From assembly GCA_022449545.1 (NCBI GenBank), contig JAKUPN010000010.1, positions 3,571 through 67,570 on the forward strand: 64,000 bases of DNA, in the 5' to 3' direction. The position numbers and the translations under genes were made by a program. Shown in pieces: positions 12,044 through 24,691 of the stretch (position 1 is its first letter; every line of letters starts with the position of its first letter). The notes beneath the pieces are model-generated. The model worked only from the letters and a program-made list of their open reading frames with translations, did no database searches and was not told where the DNA came from. This DNA is from Alphaproteobacteria bacterium (GTDB taxonomy: Bacteria; Pseudomonadota; Alphaproteobacteria; UBA6615).

Positions 12044-12603
12044 TACTGAGCCCCTTTCATGGCTAACTGCAGCCTTTGCAGTTTTGATTTAATTGACGCA
12101 TCTATCATTCTCGAACCTATTTTAACCACTAGTCCACCAATTAGAGAAGAATCAAGTTTAGCATCCACGGTCACCTTGCTGCCCAAAGTGTTTCGTAAAA
12201 CGTTAGTTACATCCTCTAATTGAAGTGCATCTAGTTTTTTCGCCGAAGTAACTTCTGCAGTTATTTCACCGCGGCGATTAGCCAATTCTAGAAGAAATGC
12301 CCTTATCATTGCAGGTAGTATGAATAAGCGATTGTTTCTAGCAACAACACCTATGAATTTTTGAGTTAGTTGATTAGCACCCGCCTGTTCCAAGATACTC
12401 TGCATGGCCATAGCTTTATCATGCGAATCAATCAAGGGTGATCTAGTAGCCTTAGTTAAATCTTCACTCTCTTCTAGCATATTCTGTAGGTTTCTAAGAT
12501 CTAAGGCAATATCATCTAAAATCTTACTTTCATCAGCTAGTTCATATATTGCTGAGGCGTAGCGCTCGGCAATTATGCTTATTTCACTTGATCCCGTTGC
12601 CAC
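12043..12603 (-). CDS. atpH: F0F1 ATP synthase subunit delta (OSCP)
   Basis: First gene of the F1 operon and overlaps the atpA start. OSCP-like '[10 protein letters not shown]' N-terminus. Confidence 0.9.
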   Translation of the reverse strand: MATGSSEISIIAERYASAIYELADESKILDDIALDLRNLQNMLEESEDLTKATRSPLIDSHDKAMAMQSILEQAGANQLTQKFIGVVARNNRLFILPAMIRAFLLELANRRGEITAEVTSAKKLDALQLEDVTNVLRNTLGSKVTVDAKLDSSLIGGLVVKIGSRMIDASIKSKLQRLQLAMKGAQ

Positions 12604-12832
12604 TTTGACAGCCTCCTGATAATTTTAATTTATGGGTTTTTATGAAACCCTACCTTTTCATATTAAAGTTAAGCAAAAGACGCCCATAGACTATGCGATA
12701 GCAGCCAAATAGTCATGAGTTTGGTACCACAAGGCTTTACAGCTTGCAAGTTAGCGAGTCATAGAAAAGGCTGGAATTCTGGGCTTTTGCTATGATATAA
12801 TTTGGCGACATTTCGCCGCGCCGCAAAAGAAC

Positions 12833-15076
12833 CTACAAAAAGTTATATGGGTCAACGTCGATTCGCACCTTTACGCGAGAAGGAATGACTATTTTGGATA
12901 ACCAAACTTTGATTAATGATTGTAGAGATTCTTCTCGTGAGGTTTTGATTAATAGTCTACGTCGATGTTGACCCCTTAGAATAGAGAGAGGGGCTGGCGC
13001 AGGGCCTAATATTCTAATTCCCGGTCCGGATGGAGCAGTTCGTCCAATTTGATGTGCCGTTTTATCTGCAGCCAAACTATCTTTGCTTGAAACGATTATA
13101 GCAGCAAGACGTCCGTAAGGTGGCCATTCACCGATTTTTCTATTTTTTTCTTCCAAATTCATAAATGCTTCCCTGTCGCCACTGGCCATAGCTAACATAA
13201 CAGGGTGCTCGGGTTCGTATGTTTGAACTATTACTCTTCCTGGCTTAGAAGCTCTTCCGGCTCTTCCCGCCACCTGATTAAGAACCTGAAAAGTCCTCTC
13301 GCTAGCACGCAAATCACCCCCACTCAGCCCGATATCAGCATCTACTATGCCTACAAGAGTTAGATCTGGAAAATGATGTCCTTTGGCAACCATTTGAGTG
13401 CCAATTAAAATATCTAACGATCTTGATTCGATTTTTTTTATCAAGTTTATTATTGAGTTATGGCTTTTAGTTGTATCACTTGTCATCAGGCCAACTCGTG
13501 CCTTGGGTAATATAGATTTTACCTCTTCCAAGATTCTTTCTACACCAGGGCCACATGCAACCAATGAACCACTTGAATTGCATTTTGGACAGTTAATGTA
13601 TGCTTTTTTGTTATAACTGCAGTGATGGCATACCAATTTATGATTAGCTCTGTGTTCAACCAACCATGCGCTGCAGTGGGGACATTCAATTCTCTGACCG
13701 CACTTTCTGCACAAAGTTAGAGGGGCGTAGCCGCTTCGGTTTAGATAAAGTAGAGATTGTTCTCTAGATAGCAAATTATTAATAAGAGCATTTCTAAGTT
13801 TTTGGCTTAAATAATTATTCAATGTGGTTTTTTCTTTACGCATATCTATAAAATCAATTTTAGGTGGTTGGGCATCCCCAAATCTTTCAGGAAGTTGAAC
13901 ACAGTTATATCGATTTTTGGCCACATTTATTCGGGTCTCTAAGGAAGGGGTTGCTGAGGCTAGGATTACTGGGCAGACAACTAATTTTGCCCTTACTATC
14001 GCCATGTCGCGAGCATGATAGGAGACACCTTCCATTTGTTTGTAGGCATTTTCATGTTCTTCATCTACAATTACGATTCCTAGGTCGTCAAAGGGTAGAT
14101 AAAGTGCCGATCTCGCTCCAACGACTACACTGACTTTGCCTTTTGAAACAGCTCTCCAGCCAGAACGACGGCGCGATAGGCCTATATCTGAGTGCCATAT
14201 TAATGGTTCACTGCCAAACCTTCGTTTAAATCTCTGAAACCACTGTGGGGTGAGGGCAATTTCAGGAAGTAATATTAAAGCTTGACGTCCTCTTCGTAAT
14301 GTCTCGGCGATGGCTTCAAAATAAACTTCTGTTTTTCCTGATCCCGTTACTCCGTCTAAGAGAGTAATTGAAAAGTTCTGGTTTTTTATAATTTCAGTAA
14401 GGTTATAAACAGCTTTTTTTTGAGCAACTGTTAAATTGATGTTAAAATGATCCGGATCGGGGGTTTTTATATTATTTTTTGGCAACTGCTCTGTCTTTTT
14501 GATTAATCCAGCTGATGTCAAACCATTTATCACACTAATACTCACACTTGCTTCATCTCTTAACTCTCTCGCAGTTTTGGAACCCCCATTATTAAGTATT
14601 TTAAAAACGCGTTCCCGGGCTGGTGTGATTTTAATTTTTTTAGTGTATTTAGTTGTCTGTTTTTTAGCTCGGCTGTAATAAGCCTCCTTTTTTGGTGGTT
14701 CGAAAACTCCTTTGACATTTAAGGCCATACGTAGGACTGCTCCTTGCGGAGCGATAGAATAAGCGGCCACCCAATCAATAAAATCGACAAGGCTTTCTTT
14801 TAAGCCTGGAAAATCTATACGATCTAAAACAGCTTTAATTTTTTTTGCTTCAACGTTATCTTGCGATTTTCCCCAAACGACCCCTGTCATTACGCGTGAA
14901 CCAAGTGGGACAGTAACGATGTCACCTCTCTTTAATTTTATTCCGTTTTTAATCCGATATTCATAAGGACCTGCGAGAGGTAATGGCAAAAGCACAGCCA
15001 CCCTTTGACCATCTATATGTGGAGGTTCAAGTGTTGAGTCTTCTAGTGAGCTGGCAGTGGCATCAGAGCATTCCAT
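12833..15076 (-). CDS. priA: primosomal replication restart helicase PriA
   Basis: Walker A 'GVTGSGKTEVY', 'DEEH' box, and Cys-rich zinc-binding insert 'CRKCGQRIECPHCSAWL...CHHCSY...CPKC'. Confidence 0.95.
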   Translation of the reverse strand: MECSDATASSLEDSTLEPPHIDGQRVAVLLPLPLAGPYEYRIKNGIKLKRGDIVTVPLGSRVMTGVVWGKSQDNVEAKKIKAVLDRIDFPGLKESLVDFIDWVAAYSIAPQGAVLRMALNVKGVFEPPKKEAYYSRAKKQTTKYTKKIKITPARERVFKILNNGGSKTARELRDEASVSISVINGLTSAGLIKKTEQLPKNNIKTPDPDHFNINLTVAQKKAVYNLTEIIKNQNFSITLLDGVTGSGKTEVYFEAIAETLRRGRQALILLPEIALTPQWFQRFKRRFGSEPLIWHSDIGLSRRRSGWRAVSKGKVSVVVGARSALYLPFDDLGIVIVDEEHENAYKQMEGVSYHARDMAIVRAKLVVCPVILASATPSLETRINVAKNRYNCVQLPERFGDAQPPKIDFIDMRKEKTTLNNYLSQKLRNALINNLLSREQSLLYLNRSGYAPLTLCRKCGQRIECPHCSAWLVEHRANHKLVCHHCSYNKKAYINCPKCNSSGSLVACGPGVERILEEVKSILPKARVGLMTSDTTKSHNSIINLIKKIESRSLDILIGTQMVAKGHHFPDLTLVGIVDADIGLSGGDLRASERTFQVLNQVAGRAGRASKPGRVIVQTYEPEHPVMLAMASGDREAFMNLEEKNRKIGEWPPYGRLAAIIVSSKDSLAADKTAHQIGRTAPSGPGIRILGPAPAPLSILRGQHRRRLLIKTSREESLQSLIKVWLSKIVIPSRVKVRIDVDPYNFL

Positions 15077-15200
15077 CAGTTACACTCTATTCATCGACTC
15101 GGAGTAGGCCAATGGTATATTTTAATAATGTTTTTGCTATTAGAATTATAAAAGGTGACAATAATTTTTTGCGATTTTTGACGTATAGGATTGGAAAGAG

Positions 15201-15890
15201 ATGAAATTCTTTATTGATACAGCTGATCTGGAAGAAATCAGAGACCTTTCAGACACAGGTTTACTTGATGGGGTAACCACAAATCCCTCTTTAATTGCAA
15301 AATCTGGGGGTAATATTCTGGATGTTATTGCTAATATTTGTGATTTGGTGTCAGGTCCTGTTAGCGCTGAAGTAACTGCAACAGAATTTGATGCCATGAT
15401 GTCTGAGGCTAAAGTACTTAGTGAGATTGCCCCTAATGTAGTGATTAAAGTTCCTCTTACTGTAGACGGGCTAAAAACCTGTAAATTACTAAGAGAAGAT
15501 AATATAGAGGTAAATGTTACTTTATGTTTTTCAGCCGCCCAAGCACTCCTTGCGGGAAAAGTAGGAGCAAGTTTTATATCTCCATTTGTTGGAAGAATAG
15601 ATGATATAGGCGGTACGGGAATGGAACTTATTGACGAGATTGTAGATATTTACAGCCAGTATCCATCAATTGAAACAGAAATACTGGTGGCCTCTGTCCG
15701 TCATCCTAATCATGTAATTGAAGCTGCAAAAATGGGGGCTGATATAGTAACTTTGCCTCCAAAAGTACTGCGTCAGTTATTTAAACACCCCTTAACGGAT
15801 AGGGGACTAAGTGATTTTCTATCCGATTGGGAAAAGACTGGACAATCAATTCTCAATTTGGCTGAAGACCGCAAAAAAGCTGCTGAGTAA
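15201..15890 (+). CDS. tal: short-type transaldolase / fructose-6-phosphate aldolase family
   Basis: '[13 protein letters not shown]', 'GVTTNPSL', 'IKVPLT', '[11 protein letters not shown]', about 220 aa class. Confidence 0.9.
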   Translation: MKFFIDTADLEEIRDLSDTGLLDGVTTNPSLIAKSGGNILDVIANICDLVSGPVSAEVTATEFDAMMSEAKVLSEIAPNVVIKVPLTVDGLKTCKLLREDNIEVNVTLCFSAAQALLAGKVGASFISPFVGRIDDIGGTGMELIDEIVDIYSQYPSIETEILVASVRHPNHVIEAAKMGADIVTLPPKVLRQLFKHPLTDRGLSDFLSDWEKTGQSILNLAEDRKKAAE

Positions 15891-15904
15891 GACAAGGATT
15901 CAGT

Positions 15905-16636
15905 TTGACGCAAAAAGCCAAAAGTATTGAAGTATTGAAATCCAAAAATATGACATTTGATCAAGTCAAATCCTATTTGAAGGACAATCCTGAATTCTTT
16001 CTCAAGGACCCAGGTTTGTTAACGAGTTTGAAGTTTCCTGCCCGTGAGTTTAATAACTCAGAAGAAAGTGATTCAGACATAGTTGATCTTCAGCAATTCG
16101 TTTTAAATAAACTGAGACTAGAATTAGATAGTAGAAGGCGTGAGAATTGCGATTTGATTGATTCTAGACGTGCAAACCTAAGAGATCAGTCTCGCATTAA
16201 CGCAACTGTTTTGCGTCTTCTTTCAGCGAGGTCACTTGATCATTTAATTGAGTTGATTTCAACGGATATGTTGTGTCTTTTAGATGTAGATTCAGTAGCT
16301 CTTTGTTTTGAGACAGGAATTAATGTGCCGGCGACCTGTAGTGGCATCAGAGTACTGCCCAATGGAATGGTTCAAGATATTTTAGGCGGCGAAAGAAATG
16401 TTTCTCTTTTAGAAAATATTTCAGGAGATCGCAGTGTTTTTGGAGAACAGTCTAGTTTAATATGTTCGGCTGCTTTTATAAGGTTAATACTACAAAAAGA
16501 TGGCCCCCCTGCCTTATTAGCTCTTGGCAGCAGGGAAACAACACGATTTCACTCAAGACAGGGAACTGAGCTATTTGCGTTTTTAGCGCATATTGTCGAG
16601 CACAGTATTTCTTTATGGCTGGATCTACCCCGCTGA
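15905..16636 (+). CDS. DUF484-family protein
   Basis: Located immediately upstream of, and overlapping, xerC, as DUF484 genes usually are. The ATG at 15950 ('MTFDQVKSYLKDNPEFF') is a more family-typical start than the TTG at 15905. Confidence 0.7.
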   Translation: MTQKAKSIEVLKSKNMTFDQVKSYLKDNPEFFLKDPGLLTSLKFPAREFNNSEESDSDIVDLQQFVLNKLRLELDSRRRENCDLIDSRRANLRDQSRINATVLRLLSARSLDHLIELISTDMLCLLDVDSVALCFETGINVPATCSGIRVLPNGMVQDILGGERNVSLLENISGDRSVFGEQSSLICSAAFIRLILQKDGPPALLALGSRETTRFHSRQGTELFAFLAHIVEHSISLWLDLPR

Positions 16637-17613
16637 AAGCAAAAGACAGGTTTAAGCGCATATCAGACGCACACCTCCGGCGTGCGGTTGAAGACTGGTA
16701 TAGCCAATTGTCGAATGAACAGATAGCTTCAGATCATACCTTGAAAGCATACTCTAAGGATCTATTAGAGTTCTTGAAGTTCTTGTCTGTCCATATTGGC
16801 GAGAGTCCCAAAACAAAGAATCTGGCCGATTTAAAACCTGGTGATTTTCGTGCTTGGTTGGCTCACAGAAGTTATTCTGGCATGGCTCGGAGTTCGACTA
16901 GAAGAGCACTATCAACAGTTCGGGTTTTTTTTAGATTTCTTGATGATGAGGGTATAGCACATAACCCATCAATAGGATCTATCCGTAGTCCAAGACAGAG
17001 GAAATCTATTCCTAAAGCACTAGCTATTTCTGAAATGAAAGAACTCCTTGAAAGTGCAGGAAAAGATGAAAGTTCTGGAAAAGAAAAATGGGTTTTAAGC
17101 AGAGATGTTGCTGTGTTGACTTTGCTTTATGGCGCCGGACTCAGGATATCTGAAGCTTTGAACCTTAATCGTGGAGATTTTTCTGTAAAAGATTTCTCAA
17201 AAAATAGTGATTTGATCATACATGGAAAAGGCGGAAAACAAAGACTAGTACCTTTACTTCCAGTTGTTGTCGAGAAAATAACTGACTATCTTGATTCTTG
17301 TCCTCACGTGCTTCTCTTTGATGATCCATTATTTATTGGAGTAAGAGGAGGGCGGCTTAATTCTCGAGCAATTCAGTCCCGAATGGAGCTATTAAGAAAA
17401 AAACTCGGCTTAAAAAAGGAAGCTACACCACATGCACTAAGGCACTCTTTTGCCACACATCTCTTAGGGGCCGGAGGAGACTTAAGGGTTATACAGGAGT
17501 TACTAGGACATGAATCTTTGTCGACCACTCAAAACTATACTGATGTAGATATAGAGGGTTTACTGGATGTATATGAGAGGGCACATCCAAGGTCTAAGTC
17601 AATAAACAAATAA
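16615..17613 (+). CDS. xerC: site-specific tyrosine recombinase XerC
   Basis: Catalytic signature 'ATPHALRHSFATHLL...GGDLRVIQELLGHESLSTTQNYT'. The DUF484 neighbour favours XerC over XerD or a phage integrase. Confidence 0.85.
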   Translation: MAGSTPLKAKDRFKRISDAHLRRAVEDWYSQLSNEQIASDHTLKAYSKDLLEFLKFLSVHIGESPKTKNLADLKPGDFRAWLAHRSYSGMARSSTRRALSTVRVFFRFLDDEGIAHNPSIGSIRSPRQRKSIPKALAISEMKELLESAGKDESSGKEKWVLSRDVAVLTLLYGAGLRISEALNLNRGDFSVKDFSKNSDLIIHGKGGKQRLVPLLPVVVEKITDYLDSCPHVLLFDDPLFIGVRGGRLNSRAIQSRMELLRKKLGLKKEATPHALRHSFATHLLGAGGDLRVIQELLGHESLSTTQNYTDVDIEGLLDVYERAHPRSKSINK

Positions 17614-17650
17614 AGCGTATAGAATCAAAACCAAATATTACTTAGAGTAA

Positions 17651-18703
17651 TTATTTGTCGATGGCCTTGCCATCAACGACTTCAAACTTACCGTAATGCG
17701 TGAAGGCGTTTGTCATATACCATGAGAAAAACTCTAGGTAACTTTGAGCTTCATATTTTGGGGGATTAGAGGAATCTGTGCATGTTGGTAGGCACTCACA
17801 TTTGGCATCAAAACTTGGATTAACAAAGCAGGCTAATGAGTACCGATCCGAGCTTATCGGTGGCAAAACTCTATGTGGTGTTGCCCTAAACCGATCATTG
17901 GCCCAGCGTTCAAGAAATTGACCCGCATTTAGTATTAAGGCATTTTTAGGTAGATCAGGCCAGAACCACTTTCCATCAGTGTCCAGAACCTGCAGTCCTT
18001 CTTCGTTTGCCGGCGGTAGAAATGTCATGAAGCCTGTATCAGCATGGGCATTAACTCCCATTTCTCCTTCTTCTAGCTTTGGTTTTGGGGGATATTTTGC
18101 TACGCGAAAATATGTGTAGTTGTCTTCAAAAAACGGATCAAAATAATCATGTTTTAAGTCCAATGAAAGCGCCCATACAGGAAGTAATTTTTTTCCTAAT
18201 TCTGTGACCTCGTTCATATACTTTTCACATACTGACCTAAACCCTGGTAGTATGCCTTCTGAAAGCCAAGGCATTTCTCCGTAGAATTGTTTTTCCGAAA
18301 CAACATTAGGATTATCTTGAGCGAAGTCTGTAGCAACGATAAGACACTCAACTGTGTCAAGTTTTCGGTTTTTATGAAACTTTGATTTTGTTGCTACGGA
18401 GGCATGCGCAGGCGTATAGCCCTTCATATGGGAGTTTATAGGAATTTTCATTTTTACTTCATGAGGTAAATCATGAAATTGCTTGGCAGCTTCTTCCATA
18501 TCAGAGATTAGCTCATCTGAAATTCCGTGGTTTATGATACACATAAACCCTAGGGTTTGCCAAACCTCTCTCCATTCCTTAGACAGGTCTTTAATTGCTT
18601 GCGCGTCGCCAGTTAAAGCAGGGCCTACATCAAGAGTTGGTAGAGATCGTTTTTCTACTTTTCGGAGTGAAGATCCTATATCTTTTTCGGTTATATTATC
18701 CAC
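17651..18703 (-). CDS. 2OG-Fe(II) oxygenase (isopenicillin N synthase-like family)
   Basis: HxD...H facial triad context 'NAHADTGFMTFL' and 'RFRATPHRV'. N-terminal DIOX_N-like region. Confidence 0.8.
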   Translation of the reverse strand: MDNITEKDIGSSLRKVEKRSLPTLDVGPALTGDAQAIKDLSKEWREVWQTLGFMCIINHGISDELISDMEEAAKQFHDLPHEVKMKIPINSHMKGYTPAHASVATKSKFHKNRKLDTVECLIVATDFAQDNPNVVSEKQFYGEMPWLSEGILPGFRSVCEKYMNEVTELGKKLLPVWALSLDLKHDYFDPFFEDNYTYFRVAKYPPKPKLEEGEMGVNAHADTGFMTFLPPANEEGLQVLDTDGKWFWPDLPKNALILNAGQFLERWANDRFRATPHRVLPPISSDRYSLACFVNPSFDAKCECLPTCTDSSNPPKYEAQSYLEFFSWYMTNAFTHYGKFEVVDGKAIDK

Positions 18704-18873
18704 TTAATTCAACCCGTTCTTGAGCTAACACTTTCATAAGTTTTTATTAGTATTATAAAACTCTTTACATAGTATTCAATAACATAACTCTTCTAGTCAC
18801 AAAACAAAAAGGGCCTTTTCCTTTTCAGAGCTATTTTTTTGAAATTTGTTGGCGTTTTGAACCTTTCGCTTTG

Positions 18874-20163
18874 CTAAGCATTAGTTTCTAGAGTAGGGGT
18901 AGATAAACGACTTGTCGGAGTGTCATTTATAAGTAGATGAATTAATGTTGCCAAGACGCCAAGCCCAATCGAAACCCACCAGATAATTTCGTATGACCCT
19001 GTCGTATCGAATAATTTTCCTCCTAACCATACACCTAAAAAACTACCCACTTGATGACCTAGGAATACAATTCCGAATAGAGTAGCCATATAGCGAGTTC
19101 CAAAAATTTGAGCAACCATGCCACTAGTTAAGGGGACTGTGCCTAGCCATAGGAGTCCAACGCAACCAGAGAAGAGCAAAATAGTGATTTCTGAGGGAGG
19201 GGTAGAAATGAATAGATAAATGACTAAAGCGCGAAAAGCATAAAGCCAACATAGAAGATATTTTTTTCGGTAACGACCTCCTAAGAAACCAAAACCCCAC
19301 GAACCAATTCCATTGAAAACAGCAATTACGACTAAAGACTGCGCTGCTAGTTCAGAGGTAAACTGTAAATCGCCGAGATATGCTGGGAGATGCGTAGCTA
19401 TAAACCTGGTTTGGAAACCACAAACAAAGAAACCAACAATTAGCATCAAATAGCCGGAGTGTTTTTGCGCTTCAATCAGTGCCTCTCCTAGCTTTTGAGA
19501 GGATACACGGTCCTGATTGTGTTTTATGTTTTTACTGATTGAGGCAAGAGGAACCACTAAGGCCACTATAAATGCTAGACCAATTAGTGCATTTGCCCAG
19601 CCTAAACGTTCTATTAATTGCTGGCTAAAAGGTACTATCAAAAACTGTCCCAATGTTCCAAATGCTGTAACTGTCCCTAACCAAACACTTCTTTTTTCAG
19701 CTGTCACAATATGGCTGACTATTGATAGTATCATAGGCATGCCGCAGGCTGCGGCAGATACTCCTACTATAAGCCCCGCACTAAGAAACATTGATATAGG
19801 TGTGGTAGACTGAGACATCAAAATAATCCCAACCACATAGGTGAGGCCTCCGAATATTATAACTTTGGAAACTCCCCACTTATCTCCAATTGCTGCCACG
19901 AATGGTGCGGCTATGCCAATAATTAAAGCTTGTCCGGCAAGGGCTAATGAAAGTATTTCTCGCCCCCAAGATAGTTCTTTGCTTATAGGGAGCATAAACA
20001 GACCAAAAGTTTGCTGAATTCCAACCGAAATTGCTACTATGGCAAGGGAGCATCCAATAACCAAATAATCTAATTGACGTTGACCTTTTTCAGTTTGGTT
20101 AACCAAATTAAAGCTGCCCCTCCTAAAGATCCAAAACCGATTGTCACAAAGGCAAGAATCCAA
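18874..20163 (-). CDS. MFS transporter
   Basis: About 12 predicted hydrophobic helices, with MFS loop motifs such as 'GDKWGVSK' and 'GGRYRKK'. The annotated start probably lies downstream (for example TTG at 20106), because the long ORF overlaps the upstream MFS gene by 94 nt. Confidence 0.8.
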   Translation of the reverse strand: MDSCLCDNRFWIFRRGSFNLVNQTEKGQRQLDYLVIGCSLAIVAISVGIQQTFGLFMLPISKELSWGREILSLALAGQALIIGIAAPFVAAIGDKWGVSKVIIFGGLTYVVGIILMSQSTTPISMFLSAGLIVGVSAAACGMPMILSIVSHIVTAEKRSVWLGTVTAFGTLGQFLIVPFSQQLIERLGWANALIGLAFIVALVVPLASISKNIKHNQDRVSSQKLGEALIEAQKHSGYLMLIVGFFVCGFQTRFIATHLPAYLGDLQFTSELAAQSLVVIAVFNGIGSWGFGFLGGRYRKKYLLCWLYAFRALVIYLFISTPPSEITILLFSGCVGLLWLGTVPLTSGMVAQIFGTRYMATLFGIVFLGHQVGSFLGVWLGGKLFDTTGSYEIIWWVSIGLGVLATLIHLLINDTPTSRLSTPTLETNA

Positions 20164-21278
20164 GAAAAACCACTAGATCTCCCGCCGCTTATGTCCAAAA
20201 CTAGCCCAACAGCCAAAGGTCCAAGCAGTGCTCCGCTGAAACCTAAAACAGAATGAACTGCCAACGTAGCCCCTCGATAACTGGGATCCGCTGCATTTGT
20301 AGCTCCGGCTGTAAGGCTGGAAGAATCCCCCATAATAAAACCACTATAAATAACTACGAGAATTGCCGCTACATATAGAGAAAAACTTGCGCTTATTCCA
20401 GTTGCGAGCGCAACAAAGCCTGAAAAAAGCATTATTATAAATATGATTTTTTTACGTCCAAAGCGTTCTGCAAGCTCATTACCTATAATACTTACAGGGC
20501 CCCCAATTATATTAGCAATTCCTGCGATTACTACTGCGCTAAGTATTCCGGCGCCCCCTTGTTGTGCGCCTGCAAAAACTAGAAAGGTAACAATCCAGCC
20601 CCTTAAAGCAAATAATTCCCAAGAATGCCCGATATAACCAAGGGTGTATGAAAACGCTTCCCGATTACTAAATACTGGCCTGAAGTCCAAAAGATTTGTA
20701 TTGTGTCTGTATACTTTATTTGGAGTCTGATTGGATAATAGAAGTAGAACGATGACTATGGCAATTATTGGCCCAATGGCCGCCATATAAAAAGCGGTTT
20801 GCCATCCCCACAAAAGCCCAATATTTCCGGAAATGACAAAAGAGAAAGCAGTGCCAGCAGAAAAGGCTGCGGTGTAAAAAGCAATGGCTCTTGATGGGGT
20901 TGAGCCAACTTCTCTGTCGGTCATTACTCTAAGACCAGTCATATAAGTACCGCCAATACCAGCTCCTTGAACTGCTTGCCATACCATAGCTGACCAAAAA
21001 TCATTTGCTAAAAAACCAAATCCCAACAGACCAATAGTTGATATAACTAGTCCTGATATGTAGATAAGACGAGAGTCAAATCTGTCAGTCAAAGTAACGA
21101 GAACTGGAACTGATGCCACATATCCAGCAAAAAAAATCCCGCTAATCCAACCAGCTTGAGTGTTTGTTAATTGCCAGATGGGAATAAGAGAAGGGAGTAA
21201 AGCTGGGTATGTTGCAAAACCTGCCATGCTGAAGATATGGGCGGTACACATAATCAATATTGTATTAAAAGGTTTCAT
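20070..21278 (-). CDS. MFS transporter
   Basis: Multi-helix hydrophobic protein with MFS loop 'LTDRFDSRLIY' and 'ERFGRKKI'. Confidence 0.8.
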   Translation of the reverse strand: MKPFNTILIMCTAHIFSMAGFATYPALLPSLIPIWQLTNTQAGWISGIFFAGYVASVPVLVTLTDRFDSRLIYISGLVISTIGLLGFGFLANDFWSAMVWQAVQGAGIGGTYMTGLRVMTDREVGSTPSRAIAFYTAAFSAGTAFSFVISGNIGLLWGWQTAFYMAAIGPIIAIVIVLLLLSNQTPNKVYRHNTNLLDFRPVFSNREAFSYTLGYIGHSWELFALRGWIVTFLVFAGAQQGGAGILSAVVIAGIANIIGGPVSIIGNELAERFGRKKIIFIIMLFSGFVALATGISASFSLYVAAILVVIYSGFIMGDSSSLTAGATNAADPSYRGATLAVHSVLGFSGALLGPLAVGLVLDISGGRSSGFSWILAFVTIGFGSLGGAALIWLTKLKKVNVN

Positions 21279-21465
21279 AGCAAATATTATGCAGTATATT
21301 TAACAATTAAAAAATAATTGATTACTTGCACTTTACGAAACTGATTCATAGAACAGAACCAGTAATAAATATGTTTATTATGAACGATAAGAGAGTGCGT
21401 TTTTATTTCTTATTAGGAAAAATTATCGAAGAACAAATTAAGAAAAGAAATAATCATCTAATTCT

Positions 21466-22341
21466 TTATGTGTTTATTACATTAAGCATCGTTTTTCCTA
21501 GGGACGCAGGTGAATCAGCAACATGAAATCCGGCATTTTTCATTGCATCAATCTTAGCTTTTGCAGTTCCAAGGCCTCCTGAAATTATGGCTCCCGCATG
21601 TCCCATGCGTTTCCCAGTTGGTGCGGTTACTCCAGCAATAAAACCTGTTATTGGCTTTTTTGTTTTACTGTTTTTGATGAAGTTTGCCGCATCCTCTTCT
21701 GAGGACCCGCCAATTTCTCCAATCATGATGATTCCTTCGGTCTCATCGTCTTCTAGAAACATTGATATTACGTCAATAAAACTTGTGCCATTGACAGGAT
21801 CACCTCCAATACCCACGCAGGTGGTCTGTCCTAATCCTGCCGCAGTCGTTTGTGCAACCGCTTCGTAAGTTAGGGTTCCAGATCGGGAAACAATACCAAT
21901 TCTTCCTCTTTTATGAATATGACCTGGCATTATTCCGATCTTGCACTCATCTGGTGTGATTATTCCGGGACAATTAGGCCCAATTAATCGAGATTTGGAC
22001 TTTTTTAGTGCAGACTTAACTTTTACCATGTCAAGAACAGGAATTCCCTCTGTAATACAAACTATTAATTCCAACCCAGCTTCAATAGCTTCTAATATTG
22101 CCTTGCTTGCCTGAGCTGGTGGAACATAGATTACTGAGGCAGTTGCTCCGGTGTTTTCAACTGCTTCTAAAACAGTATTAAAAACAGGCCGATCCAGATG
22201 TTTTGATCCCCCTTTGCCGGGTGTGACACCGCCTACCAATTGGGTTCCATATGAAATAGCCTGTTCAGAGTGAAAAGTACCCTGCGCACCAGTGAATCCT
22301 TGGCAAATTACTCTCGTGTTTTTATTGACAAGCACTGACAT
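21466..22341 (-). CDS. sucD: succinyl-CoA synthetase subunit alpha
   Basis: '[14 protein letters not shown]', 'SRSGTLTYE', '[10 protein letters not shown]'. Confidence 0.97.
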   Translation of the reverse strand: MSVLVNKNTRVICQGFTGAQGTFHSEQAISYGTQLVGGVTPGKGGSKHLDRPVFNTVLEAVENTGATASVIYVPPAQASKAILEAIEAGLELIVCITEGIPVLDMVKVKSALKKSKSRLIGPNCPGIITPDECKIGIMPGHIHKRGRIGIVSRSGTLTYEAVAQTTAAGLGQTTCVGIGGDPVNGTSFIDVISMFLEDDETEGIIMIGEIGGSSEEDAANFIKNSKTKKPITGFIAGVTAPTGKRMGHAGAIISGGLGTAKAKIDAMKNAGFHVADSPASLGKTMLNVINT

Positions 22342-22343
22342 CT

Positions 22344-23537
22344 TTAATTTGCCTCATTTACTTCATTAACGATCTTAAAAGCTGCGTCTGCTAAATCGTC
22401 TGCACTTATGATGGGGAGTTTTGATTCGGAGAGGATTTGTTTCCCTAAATTCACATTTGTACCCTCTAGGCGTACGACAAGTGGGACCTTTAATTCGACC
22501 TCACGAGCTGCGGCTACGACGCCTTCAGCAATAACGTCGCATCTCATTATTCCACCGAATATGTTCACCATTATTCCTCGGACATTTGGGTCTGAAAGAA
22601 TAATTTTAAATGCGATTGTTACTCTTTCCTTAGTAGCATTGCCCCCGACATCTAGAAAATTAGCGGGTTTGCCTCCGGTCAGTTTAATAATATCCATAGT
22701 TGCCATAGCCAAACCGGCACCGTTGACCATACAACCTATCGATCCATCCAGCTTTATGTAGTTTAAGTCGTGTTTTGAAGCCTCCAACTCTAACGGGTCT
22801 TCTTCAGTTTCATCTCGTAGGTTTAATATTTGTGGTTGGCGAAACAATGCATTGTCATCAAAGTTCATTTTTGCATCTAGGGCTATGATTTTACCACTTT
22901 TTGTTTCAACCAAAGGGTTAATTTCAATCAGTGAAGCATCACTTTCTAGGAAGGCTTCATATAAACCATTAATTAATCGATGAATGCTGTCTAAATAATG
23001 ATCTTCTAGCTTCAAGCTAATACAGACTTTTTTTGCATGCTCTAATCTTATGCCTTGGTCAGGATCTACTATAATAGTAGATATCTTTTCAGGAGATTCG
23101 CCTGCAACTGCTTCAATATCAACTCCGCCCTCTGTAGAAGCGATTATTGTTACTTGAGAAACACCTCTATCAATTAAAAGCGAGAGGTAAAGTTCACGAA
23201 CTATATTGCAGCCTTCTTCAACATAGACCTTCCTTACTTCTTTGCCTTCTGGTCCTGTTTGTTTAGTTACTAGATTTTGGCCCAACATTGCAGCTGCAAT
23301 ATTTTTTACTTCGTTAGTATCATGAGCTAGACGAATTCCCCCACCCTTGGGTTCATTAGCAAAAGAACCAGCGCCGCGACCTCCAGCATGAATCTGTGAC
23401 TTAACAACCCAAATATCTCCACCCAGGGCCTCAGCGACGGTTACTGCATCATTAGGAGTATCGGCAATACCCCCTCTTGGGACTAATATTCCGTATTTAG
23501 AAAGTAACTCTTTGGCCTGGTATTCATGAATGTTCAT
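22344..23537 (-). CDS. sucC: succinyl-CoA synthetase subunit beta (ADP-forming)
   Basis: '[12 protein letters not shown]', '[11 protein letters not shown]', '[15 protein letters not shown]', '[10 protein letters not shown]'. Confidence 0.97.
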   Translation of the reverse strand: MNIHEYQAKELLSKYGILVPRGGIADTPNDAVTVAEALGGDIWVVKSQIHAGGRGAGSFANEPKGGGIRLAHDTNEVKNIAAAMLGQNLVTKQTGPEGKEVRKVYVEEGCNIVRELYLSLLIDRGVSQVTIIASTEGGVDIEAVAGESPEKISTIIVDPDQGIRLEHAKKVCISLKLEDHYLDSIHRLINGLYEAFLESDASLIEINPLVETKSGKIIALDAKMNFDDNALFRQPQILNLRDETEEDPLELEASKHDLNYIKLDGSIGCMVNGAGLAMATMDIIKLTGGKPANFLDVGGNATKERVTIAFKIILSDPNVRGIMVNIFGGIMRCDVIAEGVVAAAREVELKVPLVVRLEGTNVNLGKQILSESKLPIISADDLADAAFKIVNEVNEAN

Positions 23538-23698
23538 AGAGGCACTTTTCCAGTGGAGCAGCTATAAAAGATTACTGTTAATAACTAATAGAAACACTAC
23601 GTTGGTTAGATTAATTAGTATTTATTCTGCTCATTTGTGAATATTATATAACTCTATTTATGAATGTTTTTTCTATAAATACCAAGCAAATCGATCTA

Positions 23699-24691
<993 letters not shown>

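Noticed and set aside
16615-17613. Tyrosine recombinase as a marker of an integrated mobile element; likewise tRNA-Leu at 59463 as an integration hotspot
   Set aside because: The recombinase has the DUF484 partner and housekeeping neighbours typical of chromosomal XerC. The tRNA-Leu is flanked by core genes (yqaA-like, coxG-like), with no integrase, direct repeat of the tRNA 3' end, or compositional shift that I could see.
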